28,937 nucleotides of DNA from Marinilabiliaceae bacterium (GCA_039811485.1 JBDHYT010000001.1:1-28937), one strand, 5' to 3'; counted from the stretch's first letter, positions 1 through 8,378 are shown. Notes: generated from the letters alone by a model not told the origin. Translations and numbers: made by a program.

Positions 1-682
1 CGGGATCGAACTTCAGTACTATCTCCTCCGGATTGGCCTGCATCGGATGTGTGATGCCGTAGCAATGATTTTAAACTCGGTTCATGTCGAACTCTGTGTC
101 TCTTACAAACTTAATGCCTGTAACCAAAAGATTATGAAGGCGGTCTAAAGCAAAACTCTTAATGATATGGTCTTTTGTGTCGGTGGCCAGCACATACCAG
201 CGGTTGCGAAACTCCTTGAGTCCCAATGGCTCTGCAGTGCGAACCGTCTCTATGCCGTTTCCAAAGCTCCTGTAGCTAAAGGTGATACGCTCCCTGTTTC
301 TGATGGCATCAAGCAGGGTAGCCATATTTTCGGTACCGCGTGGCAGACGCTGCTCAAAATGCAGATAGTCGGAGAGCTTTTCGCCCATATTGAAGGCATT
401 GAGTATGTCGAACGACTCCATTATGCGGCGCGATGCTTCGCTCTGGTTCTCCTCACTTATATAGTAAACCCTGTGCGAATTATCGAAGCGTATGTCGATA
501 TTGTAGAGCTGCCTTATATCGTTCAAATCGCGCTGAAAGGTGCGCTTCGACACCGTGAAGTCGGTACCCTGCACCTCCGAGTTGAGACGGAGATAATCGT
601 AAATCTCACTGAACGACGCCTCCTTTATCCGAAGCTTCCTGATAATATAATCGTATCTCGCTATCGATTCCCTTTTCGACAT
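1..682 (-). pseudogene. HTH-WYL(-WCX) transcriptional regulator, interrupted by an in-frame TAA at 71-73; runs off the left window edge
   Basis: N-terminal wHTH-like segment (SFSEIYDYL...VSKRTFQRDLNDIR) and WYL motif (EPLGLKEFRNRWYVLA...KSFALDRL). After the TAA the same frame stays open to position 1 and reads NHCYGITHPMQANPEEIVLKFDP, which resembles the usual WYL-to-WCX linker. Family call is strong; pseudogene versus sequencing error is unresolved. Confidence 0.75.
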
Positions 683-771
683 ATAACCTAACTTTTTTGC
701 TGTTTGGAGTACAAGATAGTGATTTTTTTTATGTTAGATTAATTGGGGTTTTCTACAAATCTTATCCTCAG

Positions 772-1662
772 TTATCGGGGAGGAGTAAAGTTTATTTCAG
801 TTTTATACTCTGTTTGCGGTTCTTCAAAAAGAAATAATTCTAATTCCCTGTTATTATTGAAACCACCTATTTTTTGTCTGTATGATGCTGATATTTTGGG
901 GTTCTCTATTTCCAATTTGCGGTTTTTGCTTATTATCAAAAATTCCTCTTCCTGGTCAATTCCCAAAAATCTTCTGTTCGTCAGATTAGCAGCTATACCT
1001 GTTGTCGAACTGCCTGTAAAAGGATCTAAAATCCAGGTGTTTGGTTTTGTTGAAGCTAAAATCAGCCTGGTTAGTACAGATAATGGCTTTTGTGTCGGAT
1101 GTTTTCCGCATGATTTTTCCCATGGAGCAATTGCAGGTAATTTCCAAACATCTTTCATTTGTTTATCACCATTAAGTTGCTTCATTAACTCATAATTGAA
1201 GTAATGTGGAACTTTTTCGCTTTTCCTTGCCCATATAATTTGCTCGGTCGAATAGGTAAAATAGCGACACGAAAAATTTGGTGGCGGATTAGTCTTCTCC
1301 CATGTAATGATATTGAGTATTTTGAATCCCAGTTCTGACAAGATTTGGCCTACTGAAAAAATATTGTGCATGGTGCCGCTAATCCAAATTGTAGCGTCTT
1401 CTTTCATTTTGTCACGGACTAATGACAACCATCTTCTGTTAAAAGCATTGATAAATTCAAAACCTTCGGATTTATCCCATTTACCCTTATTAACGCTTAC
1501 AATTTGTCCGCTTTGTATTGAGAGTCCGTTATTTGATAAAAAATAGGGTGGATCTGCAAAAACCATATCAAATTTATGCTCAAACTGTGGCAAAAGCTCC
1601 ATTGTATCTCCTTTTAGAAGATTGAAGTTTTTGTCTGTAGATTTAAAATATGGTGTTATCAT
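772..1662 (-). CDS. Beta-class N6/N4 DNA methyltransferase, DpnA (DpnIIB)-like
   Basis: Catalytic motif IV (VFADPPY) precedes motif I (LDPFTGSSTTG), the beta-class order; KHPTQKP motif; last gene of an operon containing a DpnII-type REase. Confidence 0.92.
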   Translation of the reverse strand: MITPYFKSTDKNFNLLKGDTMELLPQFEHKFDMVFADPPYFLSNNGLSIQSGQIVSVNKGKWDKSEGFEFINAFNRRWLSLVRDKMKEDATIWISGTMHNIFSVGQILSELGFKILNIITWEKTNPPPNFSCRYFTYSTEQIIWARKSEKVPHYFNYELMKQLNGDKQMKDVWKLPAIAPWEKSCGKHPTQKPLSVLTRLILASTKPNTWILDPFTGSSTTGIAANLTNRRFLGIDQEEEFLIISKNRKLEIENPKISASYRQKIGGFNNNRELELFLFEEPQTEYKTEINFTPPR

Positions 1663-1663
1663 T

Positions 1664-2218
1664 TTATCTTCTGTTATGAGTTGCTACATACACGATTTTG
1701 TATATGTCCTTATGTTCTTCAAGTGCTTTTAAAAGATTTCTAAACATATATGCAGTAGATAGATTTGTTTTTTCTTGTATCATTAATAGTTTGGCTATAA
1801 GATAAATAAATTTAATGCTGTACTCTCCTGTATTTGCAAGACCTGGATATTTTGCTGCCTCCTGATTTGCTTCACTTTTTAATAATTCAACATCTAACAA
1901 AGTATTTCTTTCTTCGGCAGATTTTAATGGCTTTATATGATTATCCCATTGATGAATCAAGAAGTTTAGAAACTTCTTTGTTTCACTACTATTTTGACTC
2001 ATTTTTAAAATAGCATCAACAGCCCAGTGAATATGTTTAGGTGTTCTTATTCTTGACCATCCTGATTTACTTGTGCTGTCTTTTTGTCTATACCTCAGCA
2101 ATAAGTCAAAATCTGATAGCTTTCCTTGATATACACCAAGAATGTAAGTGTCGTTAATTTCTATTATTGCCAAAGGTTTCTCCCCTTTGACTATCATGTG
2201 TGGGGATTTTTTCACCAT
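1664..2218 (-). CDS. Hypothetical protein (184 aa) embedded in the R-M operon
   Basis: ATG overlaps the REase stop (ATGGTGA, 7 nt) and the stop lies 1 nt before the MTase ATG. Same AT-rich composition as its neighbours. No domain recognised. Confidence 0.85.
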   Translation of the reverse strand: MVKKSPHMIVKGEKPLAIIEINDTYILGVYQGKLSDFDLLLRYRQKDSTSKSGWSRIRTPKHIHWAVDAILKMSQNSSETKKFLNFLIHQWDNHIKPLKSAEERNTLLDVELLKSEANQEAAKYPGLANTGEYSIKFIYLIAKLLMIQEKTNLSTAYMFRNLLKALEEHKDIYKIVYVATHNRR

Positions 2219-3054
2219 TCGTTTAATACAATTTCATTTTTAACTTTTTCAATAAAAGAACTCAAAGTTGTCAGATTATACATACTTGGAATAATATTGT
2301 ATGCCTCTTCCAATTTATTTTTGGCACTCAACCAACCTTGTCCATCAGTAATCCAGACGAATTCAAATGCTTCGTATTGATTAATTTTAGGTGCTACATC
2401 AGAATATGATCTTGCCGTTTCATTCAGCTTTGAACCACCTGAATTATAAAAGTTAGTTTCGATTAAATATGTTTTAAGTTTTGTTTTAATTACGAAATCA
2501 AATCGTTTCACATCAGCACCTAAGCTTACTATTTCAGGAAATGTTGTATTACTCACTTCCTTTTTATAGAATATTTTGGCTTGGTCAAAGAATTGCGAAA
2601 CTGCTTTTGACATATTTTCGCCGCCTCTGTTTTTTCTTGCATTTGTGTCTAAACCTACTTCAATACCAAAAACATAATCCACCAAATTTGTTATATCTTT
2701 GCTTCTAAAGATTTCTCCCAGACCTGTTTTTTCTATGTACTCATAAATGGTTTCAGTTGAAGAAAAGTAGGCATCAAGTAAAACAATATCACCCTTATTA
2801 TTGAATGTTTTGGCCTCCTTGTTTTTGCGAATTGCAATTAGAATATCCAAAACATCAAATACCTTCGGGTTTTCTTCGTAAAGTTCCTTTATCGCTTCTT
2901 TCAAATTCTCTTTGCCAATCAAATAATTTAATTGATTGAGTTTGATGGCAATTTTATTTACATTGACCTTGACTTTTTTAAAATCTGTAAAATAATCAAG
3001 CGTAGCATTAGTCTCAGAAAGTTGAGATAAAAAGATTTTAAATTGCTCGGACAT
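2212..3054 (-). CDS. DpnII-family type II restriction endonuclease (predicted GATC)
   Basis: GLDTNARKNRGG and KRFDFVI...YLIETNFYNSGGSKLNETARSY (PD-(D/E)xK-type core) and FVWITDGQGW, motifs characteristic of DpnII/MboI-like enzymes; flanked by two MTases. Confidence 0.9.
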   Translation of the reverse strand: MSEQFKIFLSQLSETNATLDYFTDFKKVKVNVNKIAIKLNQLNYLIGKENLKEAIKELYEENPKVFDVLDILIAIRKNKEAKTFNNKGDIVLLDAYFSSTETIYEYIEKTGLGEIFRSKDITNLVDYVFGIEVGLDTNARKNRGGENMSKAVSQFFDQAKIFYKKEVSNTTFPEIVSLGADVKRFDFVIKTKLKTYLIETNFYNSGGSKLNETARSYSDVAPKINQYEAFEFVWITDGQGWLSAKNKLEEAYNIIPSMYNLTTLSSFIEKVKNEIVLNEW

Positions 3055-3967
3055 ACTTTTTATTTTTCACTTGATTTGTGATTAGTAATTCTGTTAATTT
3101 TCCTCTTTTTTCAGGATTTGCATTTATACTGCGTTTTGCTTCAACTCGTTGAATATTAAAGTCGGAATACAAATCATCAAAAAAGTTATCGTTTTCATCT
3201 TTGCCTTTCACGTCAGAATTGCTTAGAATCCAAGTGTGATTTAAAACATCCAATTTGTGGCAAAAATCTTTTAAACGAATTTGTTCGGAGTCGTTAAACT
3301 CGTCTTTTGCATACGAATTAAAGCTTGACGTTTGACTTAATGGCTTATATGGAGGATCGAAATAGAAAAGTGTATTTTGATCTGCGTAGTTTAAGGTTTG
3401 CTCAAAGTCACCACAAAGAATCTCTACTTTCTGCAAAGCATTGCTTACAGCCAGAATATTCTCTTTGTCACAAATAGTTGGTCTTTTATAACTCCCTACA
3501 GGCACATTATATTCGTTTTTTCTATTAACCCTATATAAACCATTGAAGCATGTCCGATTGAGAAATATAAACAAAGCTGCTTGAACGCTTTTTGTCTCTT
3601 TTCTCAAATTGTATAAGTCTCTTTTGTGATAATAGTATAATTTTTTGTTCTCTTCATTTCCTTCTAATGAATGGTATTCGTTTTGATAAACTTCAAGAAT
3701 TGAAATCAATTCTTTAGGATGGGAAGCAATAACTTTGTAAGTGTTTATTAAATCTTCGTTTATATCATTAATAACCGCCCTTTGCAGTTTGGGAAAATTG
3801 TTCAACATCCAAAAAAGCACCGCACCACTTCCTACAAATGGCTCGATGTATGTAAAATTTGTATGCGTTATGCTGTTAGGTAAAACTCGTTCAATCTCTG
3901 TTATGAGTTGTGTTTTGCCACCCGCCCATTTCAAAAATGGCTTTGCTGCTGTCTTGTTTTCAGTCAT
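3038..3967 (-). CDS. Dam/DpnM-like alpha-class N6-adenine DNA methyltransferase (D12 class)
   Basis: KPFLKWAGGKTQL, EPFVGSGAV (motif I), LNRTCFNGLYRVN and YFDPPY (motif IV); stop overlaps the REase start by 17 nt. Confidence 0.93.
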   Translation of the reverse strand: MTENKTAAKPFLKWAGGKTQLITEIERVLPNSITHTNFTYIEPFVGSGAVLFWMLNNFPKLQRAVINDINEDLINTYKVIASHPKELISILEVYQNEYHSLEGNEENKKLYYYHKRDLYNLRKETKSVQAALFIFLNRTCFNGLYRVNRKNEYNVPVGSYKRPTICDKENILAVSNALQKVEILCGDFEQTLNYADQNTLFYFDPPYKPLSQTSSFNSYAKDEFNDSEQIRLKDFCHKLDVLNHTWILSNSDVKGKDENDNFFDDLYSDFNIQRVEAKRSINANPEKRGKLTELLITNQVKNKKYVRAI

Positions 3968-3986
3968 TTCATTCAGTTCAAAGTTT

Positions 3987-3994
3987 CAAAATTA
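3987..3994 (-). promoter_or_regulatory. Candidate Bacteroidota -7 promoter box for the R-M operon
   Basis: TAATTTTG on the minus strand (TAnnTTTG consensus), 20 nt upstream of the MTase ATG; no clear -33 element; AT-rich context lowers specificity. Confidence 0.4.
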
Positions 3995-4188
3995 CAATTA
4001 AATTTCGGATTGCAGATTCACTATTCCCGAATCTCTTTCGGTAAAATTGATCTCCCTCACTTTTATCCATTGCTATCCGAAGTATATGTCAATGAGTGCA
4101 TTAAGTCTCATTATTAGCATAATGCACTGTCACTTCGTTTCAATGCAGTGTGTATTTTCTTTAAGGCAAAAATATTGATAAGGATAAT

Positions 4189-5352
4189 TCACCTATTTTT
4201 TCCCGGCAGCACCACTCTTATGGTCGTTCCTTTGCCCGGTTCACTCTCTTTTACAAATATTTTTCCCTTATGATATTCGCCTATAATACGCTTTGTCAAT
4301 GTAAGACCTAAGCCCCAGCCTCTTTTTTTGGTTGTGAAGCCTGCATCAAATATATGGCGTATCTGGTTGCGTCTCATCCCTTTGCCGTTGTCTGTGATGT
4401 CGATTACAGCCTTGTCCTGCTCGCGGTGAAGATAAATACCAACCCTTCCTTCGCCATTTATTGCATCAAGGGCATTTTTTATCACATTTTCCAAAGCCCA
4501 TTCAAACAAAATAGGATTTATGCTGGCAGTAATCGAAGCGTCACTCTGGGGGTAGATGGCAATATTTACCTTTCCCGATTGACGGCGCGACAGATAGAGT
4601 GTGAGGTTTTCAATAAGCGGAAAGAGCTCCATTGGCTGCCTGTCGGGCTTGGAGCCGATCTTCGAAAACCGGTCGGCCACATTCTGAAGCCGTGCCAGAT
4701 CTTTGCCCATCTCGGCAGTAGTCTCAGGAGCCAGACCCTTCATCTTCAGGTAGTCAACCCAACCCATGAGCGACGATGTTGGGGTGCCAAGCTGGTGTGC
4801 CGTCTCTTTTGCCATTCCTGCCCATACCCTGTTCTGCTCGGCACGCCTCGACCCGCTGAAAACAGTATAGGCAAGAATGATAAATAGTGCCACCAGGCCA
4901 AGCTGTACGTAGGGGAAACGCGACAACTGCTGTATTACCGATGAGTCGTAGTAGTAGAGATACTGTTTGTCGTTTTCGTCAAGCACAATCTCAATCCGTG
5001 TCCCTTTGGATAACATCTTCTGATATTGGCGTTTAAGAAGAAGTGAATCGACATTGTCGTTTTCGGTAATATTGCGGTGGAAGAGTATATTGCCAACACT
5101 GTCGCACAGTATCACCGGGATGGTGGTGTTTTGCGATATTACATCCAGCACTAAGTTAATCGCCCCCTCTTCCGACGATTCGGGCGAGGCGAGAACCCTG
5201 GTAGCCTCACTCCACAGCTGCATCCGCTTGTACTCCTCATCTTTGAGCTTGTTGGCCAGACTGTTGCTGTAGAACAGGATGAATGCTCCAATCCCCATAG
5301 CCATCAGAAATAGAAGCAGCTTAAATAGTTGCTTTCGCTTGTATGAATCCAT
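4189..5352 (-). CDS. Membrane sensor histidine kinase (HisKA + HATPase_c), orphan
   Basis: Two hydrophobic segments, H-box MAKETAHQLGTP, N-box NVIKNALDA, G1 DNGKGM, F/G2 FDAGFTTKKRGWGLGL; no response regulator in the window. Confidence 0.93.
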   Translation of the reverse strand: MDSYKRKQLFKLLLFLMAMGIGAFILFYSNSLANKLKDEEYKRMQLWSEATRVLASPESSEEGAINLVLDVISQNTTIPVILCDSVGNILFHRNITENDNVDSLLLKRQYQKMLSKGTRIEIVLDENDKQYLYYYDSSVIQQLSRFPYVQLGLVALFIILAYTVFSGSRRAEQNRVWAGMAKETAHQLGTPTSSLMGWVDYLKMKGLAPETTAEMGKDLARLQNVADRFSKIGSKPDRQPMELFPLIENLTLYLSRRQSGKVNIAIYPQSDASITASINPILFEWALENVIKNALDAINGEGRVGIYLHREQDKAVIDITDNGKGMRRNQIRHIFDAGFTTKKRGWGLGLTLTKRIIGEYHKGKIFVKESEPGKGTTIRVVLPGKNR

Positions 5353-5571
5353 CAGTGTTGAAACGATTTGTTAAAACCAAAATGTTGATATCAGTAAATA
5401 TATAAAATTGGTGGAAGTTGACGTCATAACAACCGATAAATAAGTTGTTTAGCAAGTGTGCAACCTCCATCTCCGGCCCTTCGGAACCATAAGGTTCAAA
5501 ATAAGCCGGCATCAATAATAACAATCTTTATCCAATTTTATTATTTTTGATTTGTCATAAACTTAATATCG

Positions 5572-7155
5572 ATGAGAAGAGAGTATGATTTTCTTGTGAT
5601 TGGCTCTGGTGCTGCCGGGCTTAGCTTTGCCCTTAAAGTGGCTGCCTATGGCCGCGTGGCTCTTGTTACCAAAGATGCAATCGACAACACAAATACCTGC
5701 TATGCGCAAGGTGGTATAGCTGCAGTGACATCGCAGTTGGATAATTTTGAAAAACATATAAAAGATACCCTTATCGCCGGTGACGGTTTGTGTGACCCGG
5801 ATGTTGCCCGGATGGTGATTGTTAATGCACCAAGCCAGATACAGCAACTGATAGAGTGGGGGACTGAGTTCGATAGAAATAACGAAGGGAGCTACGACCT
5901 GCACCGCGAAGGAGGACACTCGGAGCACCGCATTCTTCACCACCGCGACAATACTGGCTTTGAGATTCAGCGTGCATTGGTGTCGCAGATTCGCAACCAT
6001 GCAAATATCGATATCTACGAGCAGCATTTTGCAATCGACATAATAACCCAGCACCACTTAGGCCGTGCCAACGAGCCCTGGATGACTGATACCGAGTGCT
6101 ATGGCGCATATATCCTTGATGAAAAAAATAACCGTGTCGATACTTTTCTATCAAAAATAACAATGATTGCCACAGGCGGAATAGGGGACGTTTATCAGAC
6201 TACAACCAACCCAACCATTGCCACAGGCGACGGTATAGCCATGGTTTTCAGGGCAAAGGGCGTAATTCAGAATATGGAGTTTGTTCAGTTTCACCCCACT
6301 TCACTCTATAACCCTAAGGAGACGCCATCATTCCTGATTACTGAGGCGATGCGGGGGTACGGTGCCATTCTCCGTACCGCCAAAGGCAAAGAGTTTATGC
6401 ACAAGTACGACAAGCGTGGCTGCCTGGCACCGCGCGACGTGGTGGCACGTGCCATCGACAACGAACTTAAAGGAAGTGGCGATGAGTTTGTCTATCTCGA
6501 TGTGCGCCATAAACCCGCCGAAGAGACAAAACAGCACTTCCCGACAATATACCACAAATGCCTGTCGGTAGGTATAGATATCACCAAAGAGATGATTCCG
6601 GTAGTGCCGGCAGCCCACTATCTTTGTGGAGGCATCAAAGTTGACATTAACGGCCGCAGCTCCATCAACAGACTATACGCAGCCGGCGAGTGCAGTTGTA
6701 CCGGACTTCATGGTGCCAACCGATTGGCCTCCAACTCGTTGCTCGAAGCATTGGTATATGCCGATGTAGCCGCAAAAGACTCATCCCAATATGTTAATAA
6801 TATCAGTTTTAACCATCTTATTCCTGACTGGAACGATGAAGGCACAACCCACAACGAAGAGATGATTCTCATCACTCAGGCCAACAAGGAGGTGGAAACC
6901 ATCATGAGCAATTATGTGGGCATAGTTCGTTCCAATCTGCGGTTAAAACGTGCACTCGACCGCCTCGAAATTATATACCACGAGACTGAAAATCTTTATC
7001 AGCGTTCTACGGTGTCGAAAAAACTGTGCGAGCTGCGCAATAAAATCAACGTGGGTTACCTCATTATCAAGATGGCACAAAAAAGAAAGGAGAGCCGTGG
7101 ATTGCACTACACCCTCGACTATCCCGGCAAAAATGAGTTCCTGACTCTGTCGTAA
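5572..7155 (+). CDS. nadB: L-aspartate oxidase
   Basis: FAD-binding GSGAAG, NTCYAQGGIAA, EGGHS, QFHPT, HYLCGG and GLHGANRLASNSL; 527 aa. Confidence 0.96.
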   Translation: MRREYDFLVIGSGAAGLSFALKVAAYGRVALVTKDAIDNTNTCYAQGGIAAVTSQLDNFEKHIKDTLIAGDGLCDPDVARMVIVNAPSQIQQLIEWGTEFDRNNEGSYDLHREGGHSEHRILHHRDNTGFEIQRALVSQIRNHANIDIYEQHFAIDIITQHHLGRANEPWMTDTECYGAYILDEKNNRVDTFLSKITMIATGGIGDVYQTTTNPTIATGDGIAMVFRAKGVIQNMEFVQFHPTSLYNPKETPSFLITEAMRGYGAILRTAKGKEFMHKYDKRGCLAPRDVVARAIDNELKGSGDEFVYLDVRHKPAEETKQHFPTIYHKCLSVGIDITKEMIPVVPAAHYLCGGIKVDINGRSSINRLYAAGECSCTGLHGANRLASNSLLEALVYADVAAKDSSQYVNNISFNHLIPDWNDEGTTHNEEMILITQANKEVETIMSNYVGIVRSNLRLKRALDRLEIIYHETENLYQRSTVSKKLCELRNKINVGYLIIKMAQKRKESRGLHYTLDYPGKNEFLTLS

Positions 7156-7222
7156 CAGAAAAATTTTGTAACCTCACAGCAATAATATCGTATCATGGCG
7201 TGTAAGTTTTAAAACAACCATC

Positions 7223-8257
7223 ATGATTAGATTTTTATTTCTTTCGATTTTTCTATCTGTTGCCTCGGTAGCAGGCTTGTCGGCAGTGGAGGCACAGCAG
7301 ATGAAAACAGTTTTTGAAGGTAGCGATAGCTATTCGGGAATCAGCAAGGTAACAATTATTGGCAAATTCTGTAAGGTAAGGATTGTACCGGCTGAGGGCA
7401 ATGATGTGAATGTCAAAAGTATCATTGAGGCAATGGAAGTTCACAACGACTACAGGATTGTGAGCGAAACAGCCAATAACGAACTCACCATAAATGTGCA
7501 GGTTCCCCAGCTTGATTTCGCATCGCACGCCGGCGAAATCACCATCTCGGCAACACCCAATCTTCAGATTGTTATCGAAAATACATCAGGATATGTGGAT
7601 ATGCAGCAGGTTGTTGATGCAAATATTTCAGCCTCAACAACATCGGGCAAAATTCTGGCCAAGCAGTCCAGAGGAATTATCACACTGCAATCGAAATCGG
7701 GAAGTATCGATGCCACAAACCTTCAGGGCACCATCAAATTAACTTCGTCAAGTGGCAATCAGTATGTCAATAATCTTGAAGGCGATATTACTCTCGATTC
7801 GCCCGACGGTCCTATAGTGGCCGAAAATATCAAAGGCAAACTTAATATCTCTACCATTGCCGGTTCGCAAACTCTGGCCAATATCGAAGGTGAAGTGATT
7901 CAGCGTTGCAGCACCGGTGCCATCAAGGTATCAAACTCAAAGATTACTCTCACCACCCAGTCGCTCAACGGCTCTGTGAATCTGTTCGGCAGCACAGGAG
8001 TTTTTAATATCACTACCACCAAAGGCCTTATTGCCGGAAGCCAGGTGAAACTAATTGGTTCGTCGAGTTTTACCACCACCGAGGGTAAGATAAAAATCAA
8101 ATTCGACAACAAAAAAGAGGAGTTGACTTTTGCCCTGAAATCGGAAAAGGGACCATTGATCGCAATGGGAACTTCAAAGATGAAAAAACTGAACACAGGA
8201 ACCGGTGCAATAGTCGTAACAGGTTATAGCACAACCGGAGGCCAGAATTATCTGTAA
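7223..8257 (+). CDS. Secreted DUF4097-like beta-strand repeat (adhesin-like) protein
   Basis: N-terminal signal peptide; repeated S/T-x-SG-x-I units (TTSGKI, SKSGSI, SSSGNQ, SPDGPI, TIAGSQ, CSTGAI). Confidence 0.75.
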   Translation: MIRFLFLSIFLSVASVAGLSAVEAQQMKTVFEGSDSYSGISKVTIIGKFCKVRIVPAEGNDVNVKSIIEAMEVHNDYRIVSETANNELTINVQVPQLDFASHAGEITISATPNLQIVIENTSGYVDMQQVVDANISASTTSGKILAKQSRGIITLQSKSGSIDATNLQGTIKLTSSSGNQYVNNLEGDITLDSPDGPIVAENIKGKLNISTIAGSQTLANIEGEVIQRCSTGAIKVSNSKITLTTQSLNGSVNLFGSTGVFNITTTKGLIAGSQVKLIGSSSFTTTEGKIKIKFDNKKEELTFALKSEKGPLIAMGTSKMKKLNTGTGAIVVTGYSTTGGQNYL

Positions 8258-8289
8258 AATTTTCTCACACATACAAATTCTATTTAGCG

Positions 8290-8325
8290 CGAGGCTGCCC
8301 TTTCTGAAGGACAGCCTCGTTTTTT
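8290..8325 (+). terminator. Intrinsic terminator after the DUF4097-like gene
   Basis: CGAGGCTG-c-CCTT-tctg-AAGG-a-CAGCCTCG followed by TTTTTT; lies between convergent genes. Confidence 0.8.
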
Positions 8326-8378
8326 ATTTCCGTATATCGGCTTTTCTCAATCACCGTTGTCTGCTTAGAAGCCCTGCA

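Noticed and set aside
167-691. 174-aa plus-strand ORF
   Set aside because: Antisense shadow of the WYL gene; no recognisable motifs.
743-1546. Plus-strand ORFs 743-1195 and 1307-1546
   Set aside because: Antisense to the well-supported MTase; no protein-like features.
683-4188. Search for att sites, target-site duplication or IS ends around the R-M cassette
   Set aside because: Only short AT-rich matches (e.g. TTATCC) expected by chance; no recombinase gene.
4354-4887. 177-aa plus-strand ORF
   Set aside because: Antisense shadow of the histidine kinase.
5321-6057. Minus-strand ORFs 5321-5524 and 5563-6057
   Set aside because: They overlap the kinase start, intergenic region and nadB; no motifs; best explained as chance or shadow ORFs.
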